This document shows, piece by piece, positions 28,032-36,842 of a DNA stretch of 64,000 nt. The translations under genes and the position numbers were made by a program. Every line of letters starts with the position of its first letter. Position 1 is the stretch's first letter. Origin of the DNA: Sphingobium sp. (GTDB taxonomy: Bacteria > Pseudomonadota > Alphaproteobacteria > Sphingomonadales > Sphingomonadaceae). The stretch spans positions 1,209-65,208 of the forward strand of contig JASGDV010000218.1 in assembly GCA_049841255.1 (NCBI GenBank), read 5' to 3'. The notes beneath the pieces are model-generated. The model worked only from the letters and a program-made list of their open reading frames with translations, was not told the DNA's origin and did no database searches.

Positions 28032-29255
28032 ATGACCACATCGGCGCATCAACGAGTGACGAAGGCCGTGCACAGGCACCGCCATCTGTCGAAGCAGGGA
28101 TTGCTGGAGCGCGCCTTCACCTTCGCCTTTCGCGGGCTGGTCTACGCGCAGATCTGGGAAGATCCGGAGGTCGACATGGAGGCGCTGGAGATCGGGCCGG
28201 ACAGCCATGTCGTCACCATCGCCTCGGGCGGCTGCAACGTGCTCAGTTACCTGACGGCCAATCCGGCGAAGATCACGGCGGTGGACCTCAACACCGCGCA
28301 TATCGCGCTCAACAGGCTGAAGCTGATAGCGGCGAAGGCCCTGCCGGATCATGCGCGCTTCCACCGCTTCTTCGCGCGGGCGGACAGCAAGGACAATGTC
28401 GCCGCCTATCGCCAGTTCGTCGCGCCGCATCTGGACGAGGCGACGCGGCGCTATTGGGAAGGGCGCGACCTGATCGGGCGGCGGCGGATCGGCGGTTTTT
28501 CGCGCGGCATCTACAGGCATGGGCTGTTGGGGCGGTTCATCGGCGCGGCGCATCTGCTGGCGCGGTTGCATGGCGTCGATCCCCGTCGGATGCTTGAGGC
28601 GAAGACGCGGGACGAGCAGCGGGCCATTTTCGAGCGGGAACTCTCGCCCATTTTCGACAGCGCCTTCACCCGATGGCTGACGAGCCAGCCTGCCTCGCTC
28701 TTCGGCCTTGGCATCCCGCCCGCCCAGTTCGAGGCGCTGGCGGGCGAGGAACGGATGAACGAGGTGCTGAAGGCGCGGCTGGAAAAGCTGGCCTGCGATT
28801 TCGACCTCAAGGACAATTATTTCGCGGTGCAGGCGTTCGGGCGCGGCTATGCGGGCGGGGAGGGGCCGTTGCCGCCCTATCTTCAGGCCGCGAACCATGA
28901 GGCGGTGGTCGAGCGTGTCGGGCGGGTCGATGTGCGGCACGTCAATTTCACCGACTTTCTTGCCAGCCAGCCGGCGGCTTCGGCGGATCGTTATGTGCTG
29001 CTGGACGCGCAGGACTGGATGAGCGACGCGCAGTTGAACGCGCTCTGGGCGCAGATCACGCGGACGGCGCGGCCGGATGCGCGCGTCCTGTTCCGCACGG
29101 CGGGCGAGGCGACGATTCTGCCGGGGCGGGTCAGCGAAGCCCTGCTTTCCCGCTGGTCTTATTGCGCCGAAGCCTCGCGGGATTATACCGCCCGCGACCG
29201 TTCGGCCATCTATGGCGGGGTGCACCTCTATCGGTTGAAGGGAGGGGAAGCGTGA
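28032..29255 (+). CDS. btaA: DUF3419 / BtaA-like SAM:diacylglycerol 3-amino-3-carboxypropyl transferase
   Basis: N-terminal pattern LLERAFTFAFRGLVYAQIWEDPEVDMEAL..IASGGCNVLSYL is typical of DUF3419/BtaA. 408 aa. Confidence 0.75.
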   Translation: MTTSAHQRVTKAVHRHRHLSKQGLLERAFTFAFRGLVYAQIWEDPEVDMEALEIGPDSHVVTIASGGCNVLSYLTANPAKITAVDLNTAHIALNRLKLIAAKALPDHARFHRFFARADSKDNVAAYRQFVAPHLDEATRRYWEGRDLIGRRRIGGFSRGIYRHGLLGRFIGAAHLLARLHGVDPRRMLEAKTRDEQRAIFERELSPIFDSAFTRWLTSQPASLFGLGIPPAQFEALAGEERMNEVLKARLEKLACDFDLKDNYFAVQAFGRGYAGGEGPLPPYLQAANHEAVVERVGRVDVRHVNFTDFLASQPAASADRYVLLDAQDWMSDAQLNALWAQITRTARPDARVLFRTAGEATILPGRVSEALLSRWSYCAEASRDYTARDRSAIYGGVHLYRLKGGEA

Positions 29256-29899
29256 GCGGTTCGCATGACCGGTTGATGGACAGCGTCTATCGGCGGCAGC
29301 GGCATATCTACGACCTCAGCCGCAAATATTATCTGCTGGGGCGTGATGGCCTGATCGCGGACCTTGCTCCGCCCAAAGGCGGCGCGGTGCTGGAAATCGG
29401 TTGCGGCACGGGGCGGAACCTGATCGCCGTGGGAAAGGCGTGGCCCGACACGCGGCTTTATGGCGTCGATATTTCCGAGGCCATGCTGCAAACGGCGCGC
29501 GCGTCGATGGGCAGGGCGGGCATGGCCGGGCGCGCCGTGCTGGCGCAGGGGGACGCCTGCGCCTTCGATGCGGAGGCGCTGTTCGGCCGGGCCACGTTCG
29601 AGCGCGTGTTCATCAGCTATGCGCTGTCGATGATCCCCGACTGGCGGGCGGCGCTCACCCATGCCGCGCGCCATGTCGCGCCGGGCGGGCGGCTGGAGAT
29701 CGTCGATTTCGGGCAGCAGGAAGGATTGCCGGGATTCTGGCGGCGCGGGCTTTTCGAATGGTTGGCGCGCTTCCATGTGTCGCCGCGCGCGGACCTGCCG
29801 GGCGCGATCAGGGCGCTGGCGGGGGAGATGGGCGGCTTTCCGCATAGCCGCGCGTTGTATCGCGGTTACGCGGTGCGGGGAGGGTTGGTCCGGGTTTGA
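29252..29899 (+). CDS. btaB: Class I SAM-dependent methyltransferase, BtaB-like
   Basis: SAM motif I VLEIGCGTGRNL. GTG 29252 lies behind GGGAGGGG and forms a GTGA overlap with the btaA-like stop. 215 aa. Confidence 0.7.
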   Translation: MSGSHDRLMDSVYRRQRHIYDLSRKYYLLGRDGLIADLAPPKGGAVLEIGCGTGRNLIAVGKAWPDTRLYGVDISEAMLQTARASMGRAGMAGRAVLAQGDACAFDAEALFGRATFERVFISYALSMIPDWRAALTHAARHVAPGGRLEIVDFGQQEGLPGFWRRGLFEWLARFHVSPRADLPGAIRALAGEMGGFPHSRALYRGYAVRGGLVRV

Positions 29900-29926
29900 G
29901 GGGTTTTACGTCCTTTCGACGTTGCA

Positions 29927-30001
29927 TCCCCCTCACCCAGCTACGACTAGGGCAGCAAGCTGCCTAAGTCTCCACAACCCTCTCCCCTATGGGGCGAGAG
30001 G
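29927..30001. repeat. Family-B dispersed repeat, copy 1 (two GC-rich hairpins)
   Basis: tccccctcacccagctacgactagggcagcaagctgcctaagtctccacaaccctctcccctatggggcgagagg. It matches copy 2 at 68/72 (hand count). Confidence 0.8.
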
Positions 30002-30026
30002 TTTCCGTTCCCTGTTCAAAACAGCG

Positions 30027-31247
30027 TCAGGCGGCTTTGCGGAATTCCAGTTCCAGGCGGTCCCAGATTTCGACCAGCGCGTTCACCAGATCGCGCATCA
30101 TGGCTTCGTCATGCGTCGGGCCGGGGGTGAAGCGCAGGCGCTCGGTTCCGCGCGGCACGGTGGGATAGTTGATGGGCTGCACATAGGCGCCATATTCGGC
30201 GAGCAATATGTCGCTGATCCGCTTGGCCTTCACAGGATCGCCGACCATCAGCGGCACGATGTGCGTGACCGACGGCATCACCGGCAGGCCCGCGTCGCGC
30301 ATCAACTGCTTGAGCTTCGCCGCCGCTGCCTGCTGCCCTTCGCGTTCCTCGCTCGACTGCTTGAGATGGCGGACGCTCGCCAGAACGCCCGCGACCAGCA
30401 CCGGCGACAGCGAGGTGGTGAAGATGAAGCCGGGCGCATAGCTGCGGATGACGTCGATGATCATCTGATCGGCGGCGATGTAGCCGCCCATGACGCCGAA
30501 CGCCTTGCCCAGCGTCCCTTCGATGATGGTGAGGCGATGGGCGACATCGTCCCGTTCGGAAATGCCGCCGCCGCGCGCGCCATACATGCCGACCGCGTGA
30601 ACCTCGTCCAGATAGGTGAGCGCGTTGAACTCATCGGCTAGATCGCAGATTTCCGCGATGGGGGCGATGTCGCCGTCCATCGAATAGACGCTTTCGAACG
30701 CGATCAGCTTGGGCACTTCGGGATTTTCCGCCGCCAGCAATTCGCGCAGATGCTCCAGGTCATTATGACGGAACACGCGCTTTTCGCAGCCGGAATTGCG
30801 GATGCCCGCGATCATCGACGCGTGGTTCAGTTCATCGGAGAAGATGATGCAGCCGGGCAGCAGCTTGGCCAGCGTGGAGAGGGTCGCTTCGTTCGACACA
30901 TAGCCGGACGTGAAGATCAGCGCGCCTTCCTTGCCATGCAGATCGGCCAGTTCGCCTTCCAGATCGACATGATAATGGGTGTTGCCGCCGATATTGCGGG
31001 TGCCGCCCGATCCCGCGCCGACATCGTGCAGCGCCTCTTCCATCGCGGCGACGACCTTGGGATGCTGTCCCATGGACAGATAGTCGTTGGAGCACCAGAC
31101 GGTGATCGGCTTCGGCCCGTTATGGCCGTGGAAGCAGCGCGCATTGGGGAAGGCGCCCTTGTTGCGCAGGATGTCGATGAAAACCCGGTAGCGGCCCTCT
31201 TCATGGAGCCGGTCGATCGCCTGTGCGAAGATGTGCTTGTAGTTCAC
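30027..31247 (-). CDS. hemA: 5-aminolevulinate synthase
   Basis: Alpha-oxoamine synthase collinearity ([19 protein letters not shown]-Lys region EGTLGKAFG). The start could be GTG 31247 or ATG 31274. Confidence 0.9.
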   Translation of the reverse strand: MNYKHIFAQAIDRLHEEGRYRVFIDILRNKGAFPNARCFHGHNGPKPITVWCSNDYLSMGQHPKVVAAMEEALHDVGAGSGGTRNIGGNTHYHVDLEGELADLHGKEGALIFTSGYVSNEATLSTLAKLLPGCIIFSDELNHASMIAGIRNSGCEKRVFRHNDLEHLRELLAAENPEVPKLIAFESVYSMDGDIAPIAEICDLADEFNALTYLDEVHAVGMYGARGGGISERDDVAHRLTIIEGTLGKAFGVMGGYIAADQMIIDVIRSYAPGFIFTTSLSPVLVAGVLASVRHLKQSSEEREGQQAAAAKLKQLMRDAGLPVMPSVTHIVPLMVGDPVKAKRISDILLAEYGAYVQPINYPTVPRGTERLRFTPGPTHDEAMMRDLVNALVEIWDRLELEFRKAA

Positions 31248-31375
31248 GAAAAGCCCTATCCCTTTGGCCCGCATCCTCTTGTGCGGGCATTTACCTGCTC
31301 CGGCCCGCCATTACCAGCGATAACCGTTCGCAAATATAGGGGGTTCTACTGACAGCCAAAATCGGACTTTTTGTC

Positions 31376-32179
31376 CTAGAGGGCATCGATTCGTTCAAGG
31401 CCATAGCCGGCGAGCGCATCGCGCAGGGCGTGGACATCCTCGTCCACCCGCGTGAACACCGCCGCGCCGGGCGACGGTGAGGCGGGCCAGGGCTGTCCCT
31501 GCGTCAGATAAGCGATTCGCCGGGCGATGCCTTCGCCGCCATGCACGAAGCGTAGCGAGTGTGGCGCGGCGGCGCTCAGTTCCGCTTCGACCAGGGGGAA
31601 ATGCGTGCAGGCCAGCACCACCACGTCCATCCGGTCGCCGCCGGGCTGGTCGAGCAATCCGGCCAGCGCATCGCGGGCGATGGCGGGATCGAGCGGCTCG
31701 CCCCGCAACTTCGCTTCGGCAAGCTGCACCAGCGCGGCGCTGCCATGGCGCAGCACGAGGCAATCGCTCCCGAATTCGGCGGCCAGCCGGTCGACATAGG
31801 GTTGCCGGACGGTCGCGTTCGTGCCGAGCACGCCGAACACCCGGCTTTTCGACAGCAGGGCGGCGGGCTTGATCGCGGGGACGGTGCCGACGACGGGAAT
31901 GTCCAGCGCGGCGCGCACGGCGGGCAGGGCGATGGTGGAGGCCGTGTTGCAGGCGATCACCGCCAGACGGGGGCGGTAGCGTTCCACCAGCCGCCCCAGC
32001 AGGGCGGGGACGCGGGCGGCGATCTCCGTCTCGCTCTTGGTGCCATAGGGGAAGCCTGCGCTATCGGCGGCATAGATGACCGGCGCGGTCGGAAGAAGAT
32101 TTCGGGCCGGGCCAAGGATGGACAGCCCGCCGACGCCGGAATCGAAGAAAAGCAGGGGGGCGGTGGATGCGACCTTCAT
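31376..32179 (-). CDS. murI: Glutamate racemase
   Basis: FDSGVGGLS, IACNTAS and LACTHFP motifs. Confidence 0.9.
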   Translation of the reverse strand: MKVASTAPLLFFDSGVGGLSILGPARNLLPTAPVIYAADSAGFPYGTKSETEIAARVPALLGRLVERYRPRLAVIACNTASTIALPAVRAALDIPVVGTVPAIKPAALLSKSRVFGVLGTNATVRQPYVDRLAAEFGSDCLVLRHGSAALVQLAEAKLRGEPLDPAIARDALAGLLDQPGGDRMDVVVLACTHFPLVEAELSAAAPHSLRFVHGGEGIARRIAYLTQGQPWPASPSPGAAVFTRVDEDVHALRDALAGYGLERIDAL

Positions 32180-32308
32180 GGATGCTCACATCTCGCCCTG
32201 CGGGTCGCGGCTGTCAACCGGGGAGGAAGTGGCGGGACGGCGTGCTTCGTCATTGCCGGATGCGGCGGGAACGCTATGGTCGCGCTGCAACTCCTGTTCG
32301 GTGAGATC

Positions 32309-32908
32309 ATGACAATTCCCTGGCTTCTTCCCGCTGCCGTCCTGTTGATCGGTTATGTTCTGGGGTCGATCCCCTTCGGCCTGCTGCTGACGAAGGCGAT
32401 GGGCGCGGGCGACCTGCGGCAGATCGGATCGGGGAATATCGGCGCGACCAATGTGCTGCGGACCGGGCGCAAGGGGCTGGCGGCGGCGACGCTCCTGCTC
32501 GACCTCGCCAAGGGCGCGGCGGCGGTGCTGATCGGCGAATCGCTGGTGAGCGGAGGCGGGGCCATGGCGGGGGCGATGGCCTTTATCGGGCATTGCTACC
32601 CGGTCTGGCTGCGCTTTGCCGGGGGCAAGGGCGTGGCGACGATGATGGGCGTGGTGACGGCGCTTTATTGGCCCGCGGGCATCGTGTTCGCGCTGGTGTG
32701 GCTGGCGGCGCTGTTCGGGACGCGGTGGTCGTCGGTGGGCGGCATGAGCGCGGCGGTGAGCGCGCCGGTCGCGATGGTTGCGATGGGACGCTTCGACCTG
32801 TTGCCGGTGACGCTGGCGCTGGCGCTGATCGTGCTGTGGCGGCATCGCGCCAATATCGCGCGGCTCGCGAACGGGACGGAACCGAAGATCGGAGCGTCCA
32901 AGGGGTGA
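32309..32908 (+). CDS. plsY: Glycerol-3-phosphate acyltransferase
   Basis: GSIPFG and GSGNIGATNVLR motifs in a polytopic membrane protein. Start at ATG 32309. Confidence 0.9.
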   Translation: MTIPWLLPAAVLLIGYVLGSIPFGLLLTKAMGAGDLRQIGSGNIGATNVLRTGRKGLAAATLLLDLAKGAAAVLIGESLVSGGGAMAGAMAFIGHCYPVWLRFAGGKGVATMMGVVTALYWPAGIVFALVWLAALFGTRWSSVGGMSAAVSAPVAMVAMGRFDLLPVTLALALIVLWRHRANIARLANGTEPKIGASKG

Positions 32909-33987
32909 GCGAACAGGAACGGTTCGACCGGCTGCGCCTGATCCGCTCGCCCCGGATCGGGCCGGTCAGCTTTCGGCAGCTCATGGCGCGGTTCGGGACG
33001 GCGGGGGAAGCCCTGCGCGCGGTTCCCGACCTGGCGGCGCGGGGAGGCGGCAAGGGGCAGGTCGCCGATGCGCGGGCCGTGGAGGCGGAAATCGCGCGGA
33101 GCCATTCTCTGGGCGCGCGTTATCTTTTGATCGGCGATGCGGATTATCCCTTTCTGCTGGATCAGATGGAAGGCGCGCCGCCCGCGCTGATCGTGAAGGG
33201 GGACGCGGCGCTTGCCGCCCGGTCCTGCGTCGCCATCGTCGGGGCGCGCAACGCTTCGGCGGCGGCATGCCGCTTTGCCCGGACATTGGCGCAGGAACTG
33301 GGGCAGGCGGGCGCGGTGGTCGTTTCCGGGCTGGCGCGGGGCATCGACACTGCCGCGCATCAGGGATCGGTCGCGAGCGGGACCATCGGCGTGATTGCCA
33401 GTGGCATCGACGTCGCCTTTCCTCCCGAGAATGCCGCGCTTCAGGATCAGGTGGCGCGTGACGGTCTGCTTGTCACCGAGCATCCGCCCGGCACGCAGCC
33501 GCTTGCGCGCCACTTTCCGGCGCGCAACCGCATCATCGCGGGGCTGGCGGCGGGCACCGTGGTGGTGGAGGCCGCGCCGAAATCCGGTTCGCTCATCACC
33601 GCGCGGCTGGCGGGGGAAGCGGGGCGGGAGGTGATGGCCGTGCCCGGATCGCCGCTCGATCCGCGCGCGCAGGGGTGCAACCAGTTGATCCGCGAGGGCG
33701 CGATCCTGATCCAGAATGGCGGCGACGTGATGGAAGCCATCGGCTCGCTGGACACGCGGATGGTGCGACAGGGGCGCATGGATTTCCTTGCCGAACCCGC
33801 CGGCACCGATGTCACGGAGCGGGAGCGGGCGACGATCGTCGCCCTGTTGGGACCGGCGCCCGCTCCGGTGGATGAAATCGTGCGGCTTTGCGGGCTGGCT
33901 CCGTCTCTGGTGCAGACTGTGTTGCTGGAACTGGAGTTGGCGGACCGGCTGGACCGTCATGCGGGCAGTCGCGTCAGCCTGCGTTGA
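32905..33987 (+). CDS. dprA: DNA-processing protein DprA/Smf
   Basis: VAIVGARNAS, VVSGLARGIDTAAH and GSLITAR motifs. GTGA overlap with the plsY stop. Confidence 0.85.
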   Translation: MSEQERFDRLRLIRSPRIGPVSFRQLMARFGTAGEALRAVPDLAARGGGKGQVADARAVEAEIARSHSLGARYLLIGDADYPFLLDQMEGAPPALIVKGDAALAARSCVAIVGARNASAAACRFARTLAQELGQAGAVVVSGLARGIDTAAHQGSVASGTIGVIASGIDVAFPPENAALQDQVARDGLLVTEHPPGTQPLARHFPARNRIIAGLAAGTVVVEAAPKSGSLITARLAGEAGREVMAVPGSPLDPRAQGCNQLIREGAILIQNGGDVMEAIGSLDTRMVRQGRMDFLAEPAGTDVTERERATIVALLGPAPAPVDEIVRLCGLAPSLVQTVLLELELADRLDRHAGSRVSLR

Positions 33988-34113
33988 GGGGGCAAGAAAG
34001 ACTTGCTGGCCTTTGAAGGACTTCCCACTTAATCACTCCGCCGCTTGACGCCTGCCATGGGCGCCTTCCAGACTCGCGCGTACGTGTGAGGACATTTCAG
34101 AACCGGGGCTTGA

Positions 34114-36669
34114 ATGCAGCTAGTTATCGTCGAATCGCCCGCCAAGGCGAAGACCATCGAGAAATATCTGGGCGGCGATTTCCATGTGCTCGCCAGCTAT
34201 GGCCATATCCGCGACCTGCCGCCCAAGGACGGATCGGTGGACCCCGATGCGGGCTTTGCGATGCAGTGGGAGAATTATGGCGACAAGGGCAGGCAGCTCA
34301 AGGCCATCACGGACGAGGCGAAGAAGGCCGACCGCCTGATCCTGGCCACCGACCCCGACCGCGAGGGCGAGGCGATAAGCTGGCATGTGCAGGAAGTGCT
34401 GCGCGCGAAGAAGGCGCTGCCGCAGAAGGTGGATCGCGTGACCTTCAACGCCATCACCAAGCAGGCGGTGACGGACGCGATGGCGCATCCGCGCTCGCTG
34501 GACGAGGATCTGATCGACGCCTATCGGGCGCGGCGGGCGCTGGATTATCTGGTGGGCTTCACGCTGTCGCCGGTGTTGTGGCGCAAGCTGCCCGGCGCGA
34601 AATCGGCGGGGCGCGTGCAGTCGGTGGCGCTGCGTCTGGTCGTGGACCGCGAGCGCGAGATCGAGAGTTTCGTCCCGCAGGAATATTGGTCTGTCGCGGC
34701 CGAGATGGAGCAGGGCGGGCAGGGCTTCATCGCGCGGCTGGTGCGCTGGCGCGGCGAGAAGATCGACCGTCTGACCATCGGCAAGGAAGGCGACGCCATG
34801 GCCGCGAAGGCGGACGTGGAGGCGGCGCGCTTCACGGTCGAGAAGGTCGAGACGAAGCCGCTCACCCGCAATCCTCCGCCGCCTTTCACGACATCGACCT
34901 TACAGCAGGAGGCCGCGCGCAAGCTGGGTTTCTCCGCCAGCCATACCATGCGGATCGCGCAGCAGCTTTATGAGGATGGCGCGATCACTTACATGCGGAC
35001 GGACGGCGTGCAGATGGACGGCAGCGCCATCTCCGCCGCGCGCAAGGCCATCGCGGAGCGTTATGACGGCGGCTACCTGCCGGAGAAGCCGCGCCAGTAT
35101 CAGACCAAGGCGAAGAACGCGCAGGAAGCGCATGAAGCCATCCGCCCGACCGAGTTCGGCCGTGACAAGGTGGGTTCGGGCGATCATGCGCGGCTCTATG
35201 ACCTGATCTTCAAGCGCGCGTTGGCGAGTCAGATGGCATCGGCGCGGCTGGAGCGGACGACCGTCGATCTGCTCGACGGCACCGGCCAGCATGGGCTGCG
35301 CGCGACGGGGCAGGTGGTGATCTTCCCGGGCTTTCTCGCCCTCTATGAGGAAGGGCGCGACGATGCGGAGGATGACGACAGCAAGCTGTTGCCCCGGATG
35401 GCGGCGGGCGACGCTCCGGCCAAGAAGAAGGTGACGGCGGAGCAGCATTTCACCCAGCCGCCGCCGCGCTATTCCGAAGCCTCGCTGGTCAAGCGGCTGG
35501 AGGAGCTGGGGATCGGGCGGCCTTCCACCTATGCCTCGACGCTTCAGGTCTTGAAGGACCGCGACTATGTGCGGGTAGAGAAGAACCGTTTCTTTGCCGA
35601 GGAAAGCGGGCGGCTGGTGACGGCGTTCCTGGAACGCTTCTTCGAACGCTATGTGTCCTATGACTTCACGGCGGGGCTGGAGGAGGAGCTGGACGATATT
35701 TCCGGCGGCCGCGCCCAATGGCAGGCGGTGCTGGAAGCCTTCTGGCGCGACTTCAAGCCCAAGACCGCCGAGGTGATGGAACAGAAGCCTTCCGACATCA
35801 CGGCGGAACTGGACAAGTTCCTCGAACCCATGCTGTTCCCGCCCAAGGCGGACGGCAGTAATCCGCGCGCCTGTCCGATGTGCGGCGACGGACAATTGTC
35901 GCTGCGCGGGGGACGGTTCGGGGCGTTCATCGCCTGCTCCAACTATCCGGAATGCAAATATACGCGGAAATTCGGCCAGCCCGGCGGGGACAAGGGCGAG
36001 GATACGGGGCCGGAAATATTGGGCCAGCATCCCGAAACCGGGCAGGACATCGTGCGGAAATCCGGGCGATTCGGCCCCTATATCGAAATGGGCGAGGGCA
36101 AGGAGGCGAAGCGCGGCTCCATCCCCAAGGATTTGCCGGATGGGGAACTGACGCTGGATTGGGCGGTGAAGCTGCTCAGCCTGCCGCGCGAAGTCGGCCT
36201 GCACCCGGAGACGGGCAAGCCCATCGTGGCGAATATCGGACGCTTTGGGCCTTATCTGCTGCATGACGGCAAATATGGCCGCCTGTCCTCCACCGCGGAG
36301 ATTTTCGAGGTGGGGATGAACAGCGCCGTCGCGAAGCTGGCCGATGCCGCCAATCGCGGCGGCCGTTCGGCGGGCGGACGCGAGCCGTTGAAGGTGCTGG
36401 GCCAGCATCCGCGCACGGAGGCGGAGATCAAGCTGATGGCGGGGCGCTATGGGCCTTATGTCACGGACGGCACGACCAACGCCACGCTGCCCAAGACCAT
36501 CGAGCAGGACGCATTGACGCTGGAGGAGGCGGCGCAACTGATCGATGCGCGCGCGGCGGCGGCTCCGGCGAAGAAGGGGAAGAAGAAGGCGGCGCCCAAA
36601 AAGGCGGCGGCAAAGAAAGCCCCGGCCAAGAAGGCGCCCGCGAAGAAGAAAGCGGAAGCGGCGGAGTAG
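34114..36669 (+). CDS. topA: DNA topoisomerase I
   Basis: Toprim MQLVIVESPAKAKTIEKYLG, DPDREGE, active-site region ITYMRTDG, Zn-ribbon CPMCG, and a Lys/Ala-rich C-terminal tail. Confidence 0.95.
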   Translation: MQLVIVESPAKAKTIEKYLGGDFHVLASYGHIRDLPPKDGSVDPDAGFAMQWENYGDKGRQLKAITDEAKKADRLILATDPDREGEAISWHVQEVLRAKKALPQKVDRVTFNAITKQAVTDAMAHPRSLDEDLIDAYRARRALDYLVGFTLSPVLWRKLPGAKSAGRVQSVALRLVVDREREIESFVPQEYWSVAAEMEQGGQGFIARLVRWRGEKIDRLTIGKEGDAMAAKADVEAARFTVEKVETKPLTRNPPPPFTTSTLQQEAARKLGFSASHTMRIAQQLYEDGAITYMRTDGVQMDGSAISAARKAIAERYDGGYLPEKPRQYQTKAKNAQEAHEAIRPTEFGRDKVGSGDHARLYDLIFKRALASQMASARLERTTVDLLDGTGQHGLRATGQVVIFPGFLALYEEGRDDAEDDDSKLLPRMAAGDAPAKKKVTAEQHFTQPPPRYSEASLVKRLEELGIGRPSTYASTLQVLKDRDYVRVEKNRFFAEESGRLVTAFLERFFERYVSYDFTAGLEEELDDISGGRAQWQAVLEAFWRDFKPKTAEVMEQKPSDITAELDKFLEPMLFPPKADGSNPRACPMCGDGQLSLRGGRFGAFIACSNYPECKYTRKFGQPGGDKGEDTGPEILGQHPETGQDIVRKSGRFGPYIEMGEGKEAKRGSIPKDLPDGELTLDWAVKLLSLPREVGLHPETGKPIVANIGRFGPYLLHDGKYGRLSSTAEIFEVGMNSAVAKLADAANRGGRSAGGREPLKVLGQHPRTEAEIKLMAGRYGPYVTDGTTNATLPKTIEQDALTLEEAAQLIDARAAAAPAKKGKKKAAPKKAAAKKAPAKKAPAKKKAEAAE

Positions 36670-36711
36670 AGACACGTCAGGCTGACGAAAGGCGGTTGCT
36701 ATTGATAAATC

Positions 36712-36821
36712 CGTCATGCTGAACTTGTTTGGTTGCGCTGGCCTCGGCTCAGCATCCATTTCTCCCCATGGGCAACCGTGCCTGGAGGCGCGATGGATGC
36801 TGAAACAAGTTCAGCATGACG
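36712..36821. repeat. Family-C long imperfect hairpin element (GTCATGCTGAACTTGTTT / AAACAAGTTCAGCATGAC)
   Basis: 36712-36730 pairs with 36803-36821, and 36750-36759 pairs with 36793-36802. The left arm carries a 19-nt insertion. It lies between convergent topA and the ABC1 kinase gene. Confidence 0.8.
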
Positions 36822-36842
36822 ATTGTGGGGTGGGGCGCCACG

